Source: Candidatus Omnitrophota bacterium
GTDB taxonomy: Bacteria > Omnitrophota > Gorgyraeia > Gygaellales > Profunditerraquicolaceae
DNA length: 64,000 nucleotides
Direction of reading: 5' to 3'
NCBI GenBank assembly: GCA_041651035.1
Contig: JBAZKC010000001.1
Span: forward strand, 515,244-579,243
The notes under the pieces are model-generated. The model did not search any database and was not told where the DNA came from. It saw only the letters and a program-made list of their open reading frames with translations. The translations under genes and the position numbers were made by a program. This document shows positions 37,252 through 48,600 of the stretch, piece by piece; positions within the stretch are counted from its first letter, which is position 1, and the number at the start of each line of letters is the position of its first letter.

Positions 37252-37410
37252 ATGGGAAAAAGAGGGGCATTCTCTATAGAATACGCGGTGTTCATCGTTG
37301 TCCTAATTGCTTCTTTGGTAGCCATGTCCGTTTATATTACGCGGGCAGTCTGCGGTAAATTCAGGGAATCCGCCGATACATTTGGCCACGGCAGGCAATA
37401 TGCGCCTTAA
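37252..37410 (+). CDS. flp: Flp-family pilin (52 aa; below the ORF-track size cutoff)
   Basis: Manual translation: MGKRGAFSIEYAVFIVVLIASLVAMSVYITRAVCGKFRESADTFGHGRQYAP. Starts immediately after the tadG stop. Confidence 0.55.
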   Translation: MGKRGAFSIEYAVFIVVLIASLVAMSVYITRAVCGKFRESADTFGHGRQYAP

Positions 37411-37449
37411 GACAATCCAACCCAATTTAAACCTTTTTAGGAGGCAGGC

Positions 37450-38307
37450 ATGTTGGTAATATTGCAGTTGCTCATCCTTATTTTATTATTTGCTTCCGTA
37501 TATCTTATCGCCCAGCCGATAATCCCTTTTGTAACCGATAAACTCCAGCGCGCGCAGGCAAAAAAAGTATCGCAGGCAGAGAAGCAGCTTGACGAGATGT
37601 TCCTGCTGGTTAAGCGCGAGAAATTATTCTTGTATTATACCTTAAGCCCGGTTGTGCTGGCCGGTTTAGCCATGCTATTGTTCCATCAGGTAGTTATTGC
37701 CGTAATCGCGGGAGCCGTTGGTTTTCTCCTGCCGGCATTCGTGATCAAACAGATGGAAATACAGCGTAAAGAAAAATTTCTCAATCAGCTCGTTGATGGG
37801 CTAATGATCGTTTCGTCTTCGCTAAAAGGAGGGCTTTCTTTTATCCAGGCAATAGAAGTCCTGGTGGAAGAGATGCCGCCTCCGATATCCCAGGAGTTTG
37901 GGTTGATCTTAAGAGAGAACAAAATAGGGTTAACTTTAGAGGATAGCCTTAAGCGTTTAAATGACAGGTTGAAGATGAATGAATTAGGCCTGGTTATCAA
38001 TTCTATCCTTGTAGCAAGAGAGACAGGAGGGGATTTAACCAAGGTTTTTAGTAAGCTTTGTTCTACTTTCCGGGATAACCATAAACTAAAGGAGAATATA
38101 CGCACCTTGACCTTGCAGGGCAGATTACAGGGCATAATTATGTCTGTGCTGCCTATTGTATTTGTCTGGTGGGTCCTGACCTTTAACCGCCAGCATTTCG
38201 ATATCATGTTAAACACAGAGCAAGGAAGGATGCTTTTATTGGTAGCTGTGGTGTTACAGATAGTAGGTGTTTTGCTTATCCGCAAGTTCAGTATGGTCAG
38301 GATATAG
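37450..38307 (+). CDS. tadB: Flp pilus assembly protein TadB (T2SS-F domain inner-membrane platform)
   Basis: T2SSF-like core (…QEFGLILRENKIGLTLEDSLKRLNDRL…GGDLTKVFSKL…) plus TM helices. Confidence 0.7.
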   Translation: MLVILQLLILILLFASVYLIAQPIIPFVTDKLQRAQAKKVSQAEKQLDEMFLLVKREKLFLYYTLSPVVLAGLAMLLFHQVVIAVIAGAVGFLLPAFVIKQMEIQRKEKFLNQLVDGLMIVSSSLKGGLSFIQAIEVLVEEMPPPISQEFGLILRENKIGLTLEDSLKRLNDRLKMNELGLVINSILVARETGGDLTKVFSKLCSTFRDNHKLKENIRTLTLQGRLQGIIMSVLPIVFVWWVLTFNRQHFDIMLNTEQGRMLLLVAVVLQIVGVLLIRKFSMVRI

Positions 38308-38337
38308 ATCATAATATAAATACGAAAGAGAGGGGAT

Positions 38338-39192
38338 ATGCTTCTGGTAATTTATATATTCTTAGCTGCGGCAGCCGCGCTTGTCATAATTGGTATATCA
38401 GGCTCTATCCAGCCTGGAGCGAGGCGCGCCCCGCTTCCCCATCCGCAGGCGAACAGGCCGCGAGTAAGCTTCTCTTTCAGCCAGAAATTATTAGAGAAAC
38501 TCAAATTGGATGTAAAAATAAAGAATAAATTAGCCGCTGCCCATGTGATGAACATTACAGCCGGCCAGTTCTTTGATATCAGGCTTGCCCTGCTGGTTAT
38601 CGCGGGCAGTATGAGTTTTCTCCTTCTAAAGAAGATCGACCCTCCGGTAATGCTTATATTCCTTGCCTTGGCATATCTTATTCCCGATCTGTGGCTGAAA
38701 AGGAAGATAAGCCAGCGTAAATACGAGATCGCCCGGGTCCTGCCCGAGACAGTAGATCTGCTGGGTTTATGCGTAGAGGCAGGCCTGGATTTTACTACGG
38801 CAGTAAAATGGGTCATTGAAAAGAAGGTCTCTGCTAACCCTATGGTTGAAGAATTAGCCCTGGTATTGGATGAGATAAAATGGGGCAAGCCGCGCAGCCA
38901 GGCACTAAAGGATATGGCTAAGAGATTGAATGTCCCGGAAGTAAGTTCCTTTGTCCAGGCCCTGGTGCAGGCAGAGCGCATGGGTACGCCTGTAGGAGAG
39001 GCATTTGGCATCATATCTGAAGATACCCGTTTACAGCGTTTTCGCAGGGGAGAGCGTTATGCCCTGCAAGCTCCCATAAAGATCCTTCTGCCTTTGATTT
39101 TCTGTATATTGCCGGTAATCGGTATTATCATTGGCGGCCCTATACTCTTACAGTTTACTCAAGGCGGTTTATTCACCGGATTTGCTAAATAG
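38338..39192 (+). CDS. tadC: Flp pilus assembly protein TadC (T2SS-F domain)
   Basis: T2SSF-like core (…ALKDMAKRLNVPEVSSFVQALVQAERMGTPVGEAF…) plus TM helices. Confidence 0.7.
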   Translation: MLLVIYIFLAAAAALVIIGISGSIQPGARRAPLPHPQANRPRVSFSFSQKLLEKLKLDVKIKNKLAAAHVMNITAGQFFDIRLALLVIAGSMSFLLLKKIDPPVMLIFLALAYLIPDLWLKRKISQRKYEIARVLPETVDLLGLCVEAGLDFTTAVKWVIEKKVSANPMVEELALVLDEIKWGKPRSQALKDMAKRLNVPEVSSFVQALVQAERMGTPVGEAFGIISEDTRLQRFRRGERYALQAPIKILLPLIFCILPVIGIIIGGPILLQFTQGGLFTGFAK

Positions 39193-39193
39193 C

Positions 39194-39361
39194 AATGTCC
39201 AATCTAGTCTTAAATCAAGCTAGTAATGTCCAATCTATAGGGACTGTCCCCAGCCTTAGTTATGATGCACCATTCTTAATCCATTAAATGTCCAATCTAA
39301 TAGATACAGGGACTGTCCCCGAAATGTAGCTTCTGGTGGGCTGTTCTTAGGGGACTGTCCC
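39194..39361. repeat. Array of short repeats: 3x AATGTCCAATCTA interleaved with 3x GGGACTGTCCC(C) quasi-palindromes
   Basis: AATGTCCAATCTA at 39194-206, 39225-37 and 39287-99. GGGACTGTCCCC at 39240-51 and 39309-20, and GGGGACTGTCCC at 39350-61. Confidence 0.7.
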
Positions 39362-39474
39362 TAGATTTTGAGCTATTTTTGCCCCAAATCAACAAGATTA
39401 TTGGCCTTGTTAACCCATTACTAATGCAAAGGATTGCGGAAAAGAAAGCGCTCTCTTTAGAAGCAAAAACACAC

Positions 39475-39504
39475 TTGACATGGACGCTATCTATATGTTA
39501 TACT
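39475..39504 (+). promoter_or_regulatory. sigma70-type promoter TTGACA-N17/18-(T)TATACT for the giant gene
   Basis: TTGACA at 39475-80. Spacer contains GGACGCTAT, as at 29088-104. TATACT at 39499-504. About 190-nt leader before ATG 39697. Confidence 0.5.
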
Positions 39505-39642
39505 TGCGATGTAAACAGAAAGATTTGAAAGGCAATTTTTATTTCAGCTCTTTATAAGAAGTTTCACAAAGGACTTAATATTTACGTATGAAAAGCGTTA
39601 ATCTGAGCGCTATGATGAATAGAAAAAGTCTTCGGGGTAAGG

Positions 39643-39666
39643 GGAAAACTGTGCTTTTTCCTTTTT
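39643..39666 (+). terminator. Weak terminator/attenuator-like hairpin in the giant-gene leader
   Basis: GGAAAA-ctgtgct-TTTTCC followed by TTTTTAT; only 2 GC pairs, so it is weak. Confidence 0.2.
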
Positions 39667-39696
39667 ATATAGGTATTACCGTAACAGGTGAATAAA

Positions 39697-42600
39697 ATGG
39701 ATAAAGGCGGATACAAGAAAACCGAACCAGAGAATAAGCCACTAGGAAAAAAGGGACTGTCCCCGCAGGGGACTGTCCCTGGAACGTTCAAGTCTAGTTT
39801 CAAGGCTTGGATCCGCGTAGTGGCTTTTTTAGTGGTCGCGGTTTTCTTGCCTGAACAAGTAGCCCAGGCAGTGGAATATGACTGGCGCGTTATCTGGCAA
39901 AAGCCGGCTGTCTATACTTCCTCTTATGCCAATACCAAAGATATACACAATGCCGACATACCGCTTGCCATCAGGGACATCCTAAAAGATATATCAGGCA
40001 AGCCCGTAAATGCTATAAAGATCTCGCCCACCGTAACCGTAGAATTAAGCAAGCCGTTAAATATCTCCAAACAGAGAATTGAAGAAATATACAACTGGTT
40101 AAGAGGCAAGACCTGCGGCTCAAAGGCATTATATGACCTATTAAGCTACAAGGGTTTTAAGGTTGCTGAGCAGGATATCGCGGTCATGGCCTTGACCATA
40201 GATATATTAAACGATGTAGTAAAGGCTGAAGGCAACCCCAAGGTTATTAAGACGTCTTTATACGCCTTGTCTAAGGCATCAGAATCCTTCGGTTTAAAGC
40301 TTTACCCCGTAAAAATGGATTTATCACAGGGACTATCCCCAAAGGGGACTGTCCCTTTCATTGCTCACCTGAATTCCGACCACTATATCCTGGTAACCCG
40401 CGTAACCGATGAAAAAGTTTATTTTGTAGAGGAGCACAAAGAGGAGTTCCTGCCTAAAGAAAAGTTCCTGAAAGATTTCTCCGGGTATTGTCTGATAAGC
40501 CGCCAGCCTTCAGCTATTGGTCTGGAATCAGTTAACGATGCCGAAGCTAAGAAGATACTCGGCGCGCGTTCTTACAAAGGGGAATATGCCGATTTATCTT
40601 CCTTATTTGAAAAGCCGTCAACCAGTGATTTATTGATGAGCTTAGGCATGACTGTAGCTACGGTCGCCATAGGCGGGATTGGTGGAGGATTCTCCAACGC
40701 GATTGTTAGTTTCGGGACAGCCTGTTTTACCAGCCAGGTAAGCGGAGCGCTTACTACTATGGCGCAAAAAGAACTTGGCTGGAGTCCACAAGCTTCAGCG
40801 CTTTTAGGCATGGCTGTAGGCAGCGGGTTGAATATGGGCCTTAGCGCAAGTATGTCCTCTACTATATTGGGCTCTGGGAAAACCGGCACGTTTACCTCGT
40901 TTAAATATGCCCCGGCTGGTGTCCAGGCTTTTGCGGCAAATCATCCTTTTGTGGCCGGTTTTGCCGCAGGCACGCTTATGGGTGCCGCTCAAGGCGGTTT
41001 ACAGATTGTTTTAAATGATGCTTTTAGCGGCATGGATTCTTCACTTAGATATGGTTTATCCGGATTATTGAGTTCTACCGCGGTAACCTTTGGCTCTAAT
41101 GCTTTAATGGGTGCGCTTCCTGGGGGGAGTGGCGGCTGGGATGCCATAAAAGACACTTGGAATGCTAACAATAAACAGCTCCCCAAATATATGCTTACTC
41201 AAGGCATTGCTTTAGGAGTTGAGTATTTAGCTACAGAGACAGGTTTTATGAAACCCGAATATAGCCGTATCTTAGGCCAGGGTTTGGGTTCTTTAATTAC
41301 AGGATTTGCTTTCAAATCACCCGGAGGAATCGAACAACCCGGTAGATGGTTTACCATAGAGGATTCTCCTTTAGTGACTACGCTGGGCAATGCGGTTATA
41401 GATGGTTTAATTAGTGGGGGTATATCTGTTGGGTTAACTAAACTATCCAATGCCACCGAAGGGAATGAGTTTTTAGATGCGGCAACACCTTATATGGCTA
41501 TGTTGGTTTCAAACGTGCTTTATGCCGGGTATCATAGCTGGATAGCGAAAGATTTGTATTCTGCTCCTAGCCTTAGCGGAAATGGCACTATTTATGGAAC
41601 TGAAAAGCAATTGAGGGAACTTGGTATAACCAACCTGGATTTAACGCAGCATGCTACTTTTCTGGATCTAGCGTATGGGCAATCACAAAATATAGCGCGC
41701 GAGCACCTGACTTTTGGATACAGTTCTCCTTTTACACCCGCTGCATGGTTACAAGGCCAGCAGGAATATACCACTTTTAACTTCGCTTTATTCAATAACA
41801 AGATGTGGGATTTTACCGGCTTGACCTATTATGTTGACGCAGCCAAGCAGGCACAGGATACCTTAAGGAAGAACGGCGGGAATCCTGATGATTGGAGGAA
41901 ACAACAGATCCTGCCCGATTTTATGCAGTCCCTGGTTTATTATAACCGTTCATTTGCCAATGCCCAGGCAACCAATACCTTCGCCGATTTATTCAGAGAT
42001 GTCTATGCCAATGATCTAGGTGGCAATAAATTAGGAGCGTATCAAGCGGGGTGGGTACTAAAAGACGGGGAATTGACGAAAGTTAGTTTTAATAACGCGT
42101 TAAAGACATCGTACGGCAATAATGTGTTCGGCACTTATAATTCTCTTGCAGATGTATATGGGAAACAATTATCTTGGAATCAATCTTTTTATTCTAACAT
42201 CGGACTTACAAATGAATGGTGGCTGGGAATGTCATCAAGCTATATATACCCGGTTTTCGGGGGCAGGCTCGGTAATGATATCTTCCCTATGGTAGATGGG
42301 TCACCAATAAAGGAAAATACCACAGGTAGCTTAACCACTACTCTAGACATTTATAAAAATAAAGGCGGTATCTCTACAGTAAACATAGATACTGACACTC
42401 GGAAAACAATATTAGAAGTGGCGGGAAAATATAAGCAGGATATGGGATTAGAGGAGATGCCTTTAATCCAACGCTACAAGAAAGATAATGGTGGCGAAAT
42501 CATTTTATCTGAAGTCTTAATAGGGCCTTTAGATGGGAAGATGCCCCTTTCTACGAGAGATTGGGATTTAGTGCAAACGCTTGGTGGCCAGCCTACGCTT

Positions 42601-45600
42601 GCAATGCACTTCTGGGGGAAGCAAGAAATCCGCCGCACCGATGGAAGTAAAGATTATGGAATCGAAGGAAAGCTTTCTATTACGGATGGCATATTATCTG
42701 GCAGCGTTATAAACAAAGATGGAAAAGGTATAGTTGGCGGCGCAACTAAAGGCGGTATTGAGATAAAGGATTACGATAACGGCGCGACCACAATTTTATT
42801 ACCATCATTTGGGAATATTTCTTACACCGGAGAGGGCAAGAATAATAATTTCTCTCTCAAATCCTCTAATACCACTGTGGATGCGTCAGTTATCAGATTC
42901 AACCCCGGAAAGGATTCCGCTGTCCCCGAAATATCCATAGGGATAACCGGGGAAGTTGGTAAGTCAGTGCCAATGCTTTATAAGAATATTCCACTCTTAT
43001 CGGGAGGTTCAGGATCTTCCTCAAAAATTAAGGCTCCGACAAAATCAATTGGCATTGACCAAATTGTTTCTGGTAGCACCTTAAAAGATGGTGTAGTAGC
43101 TACTCCAGAGCAACTCCTTAATAGCTTGCTCGTCTTTACTTTTACCGAACAGGGAGTTTATTTATTTGTAGATAAGGACACTCTTTCTGTTGAAATGCCT
43201 TCCGATGTTTATATGGCTGTTGGAGCGGGTAACAAAGTAGCTCTTCCGACGGATAATTATAAGCTGGTTAAAGAGTTTATAGGCTTGGAAAATAAATCTC
43301 TGATGGTTACCAATAATGGTGCGGTCCGTGTGGATCGCTCATTAATTCAATGGACCCCCGGCTTTGGAGCAGTTGGATACGATGTGCGCACAGATGGCTA
43401 TTATAAAACTACTGTCGGCGAAGACGGGAAATTATCTAAACTGGACGCTTATGTGCTTGGTGATACAGGCACGAGAGATATAACACTCAACGAGCAGGAA
43501 TGGACAGAAACTTACACAAACAATGGTTCTACATATTGGATTGGAAAGCCGGGAGGGTTGCCGGCTATCGCCGCTGAAAAAGACAAGACGATTACCAGTG
43601 AATTTGCCAACGCCGATAGAACATTAACTTTTAAAGGAGTGGCTACTACGCGTTCCTATGATAATGGTAAAAATCATGCCGCTCCCGCCACAGTCTTTAT
43701 TTATAATGATCCCAGCGGAAAATTCCCGCGGTTTGCCGTTGAAAAGGGAATAACCAAGGGTAAGTCTTCTATAGATCCAACCAATCCTTATGCTGTTCCG
43801 ACTTCAGCGAACTTCAAGACCACTCACGAAAACCTCTTATTGGCCCAGAGTGGAATCTTTTCTATGGTTAATAATGTGAAATACAGCCCTGTGGTTAAAA
43901 AAGTTGAAAAGTCGGCTTTCGAAAAAGAAGTAGATAGACATAAAGAGGTAATAGCAAAGGCGATAACAAAGGATAAGATCTCAAGCAACATAATTAAATC
44001 ACAGCCCGATACTAAAGAAGCCAAAAAGTTTATTGCTCAATCTGGAGTTGCCCAAACCAATAATTCAAAACCCATACCTCTCGGCTTAATTATATCCTTG
44101 GGAGCCAAAACACTGACGACAGGATTTGAAGAAATGCACGCGGAGACATCTATGGCAGTGCCGGCTAAGAAGATTGGTGGGGAAATTAAGGAGATTGCTG
44201 ATGGTATTCTTAGTAAATTAGGCACGGGCCAAGGCCATAAAAGCCGAAGAGAGTTTGTAACAAAAGTCATAAGTGATGGTATGTCCGGCAATTTTAATGA
44301 TACAGCTTTCGTGGCTTCTCTCCCTGGGAAGATTCGTCAATATATGGAGACGACAGGAGATCATTTTAAAGAACTTAAGGATTCTAATGGTAAATCACGT
44401 TATAGTGGGAGAGGAAAAGAATATGACTTTGCTGCCTATCTTCTTGCAACAGTAAAAGATTCCGCTTCTTGGGTTGATTACAAAAAGATAATTGAAGCTG
44501 GCGGGGATGCGGTGCTAAATTCTAACAAGACGGTTAAAGATACTGCAGAAGCTGACAAAAAGCAACGCGATGCGGAAATGGCTGTTACGGAGAAGTATGG
44601 TTATTCCCGCGAAGGATATCAGGGGCGGGATGGCTATACAGAAGAAGGACTTAATTCATTACAAGATAATTATAACAGGCCTATTTTCCGGGAAAGTGTG
44701 CTAGCTAAACTTGATGCCAATTCTGCAAGAACAGAATTTGGAACCTTAAAAAGCGATCGGACTACACCTTATAAGGTGGATAAAGCTATAGAAGAGACTA
44801 TAAAAGAATCAGGTGGTTATAGCCCTAGAGACTTGCTTGATGAGACTACCCGTCATACGGTATTCAGTAATGATTATATTAAGAATTATAATAATGAATC
44901 TCTTTTTTGGAATCTTGTGTTGAATATGGCTAGTTCTGCAGGGTTAGTAGACCCTAAGACAGGAGCTTTGAAAGAGGGGTTGCAAGACTCCTATGAGTTA
45001 GGGAAAATATTTGAAGCCGCTTCAGAAAAATTGCATTATTACCCTGAAGGATTCTCTGGGAGGACTGGATATGCATATAAAAATGTTAATTCACTGCGTG
45101 ATACCTATAATAATGATAATTTTAGCGCTACTGTTAATAACGCTATTAAGGTAGCGAGCGATATTAATAAATATGCCAAGGGTGATACTATTTCAACGCT
45201 TTCTAGGATGACAGGTTCAGGCTATTATATACCTGTTTTAACCAAAGAAGATTTAGTAGTTGAGATGTCTGCTATAGGTACAATGGCGAAATATATAGCC
45301 AAGGATATAGTGGTAAACCCGGCCGTAAGTCTTATTTCTAGCGGTATTGCTAAATTAGTCGCGCCATCTCCAGTAGCGTTATTTTTGAACAATAGCAAAA
45401 TAATATCCACACCAAGTCCAATAGGACGTTTATTGTCATCGTCTATTTCTAAGTCTTTAAGTGTTCAGGCTATTTTGGAGAGCGTATCTGCAATGTTTAT
45501 GGCAAATAGCGTAGTAGCAGATCTTTATTTGTCGAAAGACGACAAAAAGGCAACATTTGAAGAGGCTTATAGAAGCTCTGGTCTAAAAGGGCTAGGATAC

Positions 45601-48600
45601 GATATGAAAGTTGAAAATTTTGGAATAAAATCTCTTTACTCTGCGGCAATGGATACAGGAATAAATGAGTTTGCTCATGGGGATTATGTGCGTGGCACAC
45701 TTAGTTACGGTTTGGGTTTTGGAGGACAGTTGTCAGCTACGACCGCAGCAATAATAGCTGTAGCCGCAACTGGCGGCCTCGGCAGTGTTACAGTTCCAGA
45801 AGTTATCGGGGCTATGGGATTGCCAGGTTTTCTCCTCGCAGGAGATACTGTAGCTGCTAATATAGAAATGCAACACCCTCTACATGAAGGAATAGGTGCT
45901 TTGAGTTCTTTAACAGGGGCCGGGTTTACTGCTGGTAGGGGTATATTGTGGTCTTTTGGCCGGGTAGGAGATTATGTAGGATTAGAAAATGATTTAGTCT
46001 CGCGAGTAGACAGTATAAATAAAACGGAGATGGAACAACTAAATACAGCTTTGCGAAGCCTACGGGGTGGAGAATATTGGGGACCTGCGGCCATGGCTGT
46101 AATTTCTGGCGCAAGAGCATATACTCAAGCATATACAGGGAGCTATATAGTGCAATTTATAGCTGCTCCGCATGAAGCAATAGCAGGTATGGTTAATTTG
46201 ATTCTTAAGCCTGGAGAAACACTTGGGGCAGGCAAGTGGGACCGGTTTGATGTTGCAGCGGTTACCGGTAGCTTTGTGGGCGGTTCATTAGGTTTCAGAG
46301 GATCATTGGTATTTGGAGATAAAGTATTTAAGAATTTAAATATTCCAAGCTTAGCCAGAAATATTAGTAAGTTTAAAGGAAGCACTATTGGAGATATCGG
46401 GATTTCAATTGCTAAAGGCGCGCCCACCGCTTATTTGGTTACAGTAGGATCTAGCTTAGTTTACCCTGTTCTTACTAACCGCAGTATAAGTAGTTTTAGC
46501 ATGAGTCCTTTTGGCCAATTGGGGGCAGATACGGATTCTTTATGGCGGGCTTCTGTAGGGTTTAGCGTTATAGGCAGTAGTACCCTCGCGCCTGTCTTTA
46601 AATACTTAAAAACAGGAGAGTTATCTGCCAAGCTGATTAAGAGTAGCATGGCTGGAGGGATGGCGTTAGGGACAGATTATCTTGTTTCTCGTGTCCAGGG
46701 ACAGGAATACAGTCTTGGAAGAGGCGCTATTGTATTTTCAACCGCAGCCCTGTCTGCCTTTGGGCTTTCTTACTTGGGTGGTAAGTTACCCGCATTATTA
46801 ACAAAAGAATATGTGAGTTATACTTTAGGCGCAGGCGTATCTTCACTTATGGGCGGTATAGCAAGTAATATTGCAATTAACGGAAAATATAATTTTATAT
46901 CTACAGACCCGTTAATGCATTTTGGTATTCCGGCCATTATTACTTTGGCAGCTAGACTTTCTGCGAAAGATATAGGCAAGCTTGATAGTAACATTTCTAT
47001 ACAGGCTACTAATTTCGGGAGAAACTTAGTCAGCCGAATATCCCCGATTCATAAGTTTAATCCTGCCACTGGGGTACTTGCAAAAGGATTTAATATATGG
47101 GGAACTATACCGTTGGCTTTGACTGCTTCGGGAGTTGTCATAAACAACATAGATAGCATACCCGCAGACACAAAAGAGCTCATTAATTTAGCTTTGCTTA
47201 CCGCAGGCGCAATGTATATAACATGGGGATTACGAGGAGAGGCAGGTGGCGGTAGTGGTATAAAAGCTATTGCTGAGAGAATGTTCAAGAAAGAAATCAC
47301 AAAAACTGGTGCCAAGGTTAATTGGAAGAGTCCGGATGTGTGGGGTATTGTTTCTAACGCGAGTATCCCTGCTTCGGTTTCCGCGCTTGCTATTTTAAAT
47401 TCCAAAGGCGATAATGGCCAATACGAACATTTTAAGAATATGTCTGAAAACTTAAGGTTTACCCTTACCTTAATAAGCGGTGCCACGTTATTTGCAGGTA
47501 TAGGAGGGTATAAAGAACTTTGGACTAATTTAACAAGAGGAGAAAACGTCTTTACAGGCAAAGTTCTGGTAAAAGAAAAGGGGGCATGGAAGTGGGAACT
47601 TTTCAAAAAGAGCGCGGATGGTAAACTGACAGAGCCAATCAATATATATACTCCGCGCGCTATGCTAAATTTATTAGGTAACAGAGGGGTATATTGGGGG
47701 GCTACTGCCGTTTGGGTTTTTGGAGGAGGGAAGTTATCAGACAATGAAACCTTTAAGACGATACATACTGTTACCAGTATTGGGTTGTTAGCGGCAGGAG
47801 TGATTATCCCCGGGGTAAAGCCTTTTGTTAAGAATCTCGGCAGAAGCTACAATCTTTTAACAGGCGAACTTGGCGGAAAGAGTGGGCCGTCCTTATTTGC
47901 CTATGAAATCGCCAAGACAGCCCTTCCTATTGTGCCTGCTTTAACAATCGGCATGGCAGGTTATACAGATGTGCAAAGCTATATCTATTCAATGAAAGAT
48001 AGCCAGGTAACGAACATCTTAAAGTATGCTTTTGGATTAAACGAGTTTAAGGATTCAGTAATTATAACGGGCCGGTCTTATTATAAAGATAATACGCTTA
48101 CCTATGAACAGATTAAAGATAGATTTGAATCAGAATATAAGAAACCGTTTGATTATCTTCATGCGAGCTGGTTTATGACGCTGGCCTCTATTAAAGAGGA
48201 GCTGAAGAAGGAAGGCCTTAGCGATGCGCAAAGAAAAGGCCTGGAAGAAAAACTGAAATATTACCAGGGTCTTTCCGAAAAGGATTTTGCAGTTGGCACC
48301 GGGAAATTCCGCTGGCTCATGAGGGCTCAATCTGGATACGAGGGCTTTAAGATGGCTTTATGGTTTGGTCCTGTTTTATACTTTGTCCGGCCTTTATTAG
48401 AAGCGGGCCTCAGGCGCATGCCTATTTCAGGTGAAGTGCAGGCATTTTTAGGAGAAAAGGGCATGGGAGATTCACTTATTCCTAAGGCCAAGTTGCCAGG
48501 AACCAACATATTTTCTAAATTGGCAAATAAATATGCCCTTAGGCCTTTCTATATGGCACAAGGCTTAATAATGGAAGAACAGGTTAGAGAAAATATCTTT

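Noticed and set aside
37785-39014. Minus-strand ORFs 37785..38312 (175 aa) and 38352..39014 (220 aa)
   Set aside because: They are antisense to tadB and tadC, which carry clear T2SS-F domain signatures.
39240-39361. GGGACTGTCCCC units as rho-independent terminators after tadC
   Set aside because: Each unit can form at most a 4-bp stem with a 3-nt loop and has no U-tract. They are better described as REP-like repeats or protein-binding palindromes.
47049-47744. 231-aa minus-strand ORF, plus other short minus-strand ORFs between 40.5 and 63.8 kb
   Set aside because: All are antisense to the continuous plus-strand giant reading frame. The translations are compositionally biased (P/S/L) shadow ORFs.
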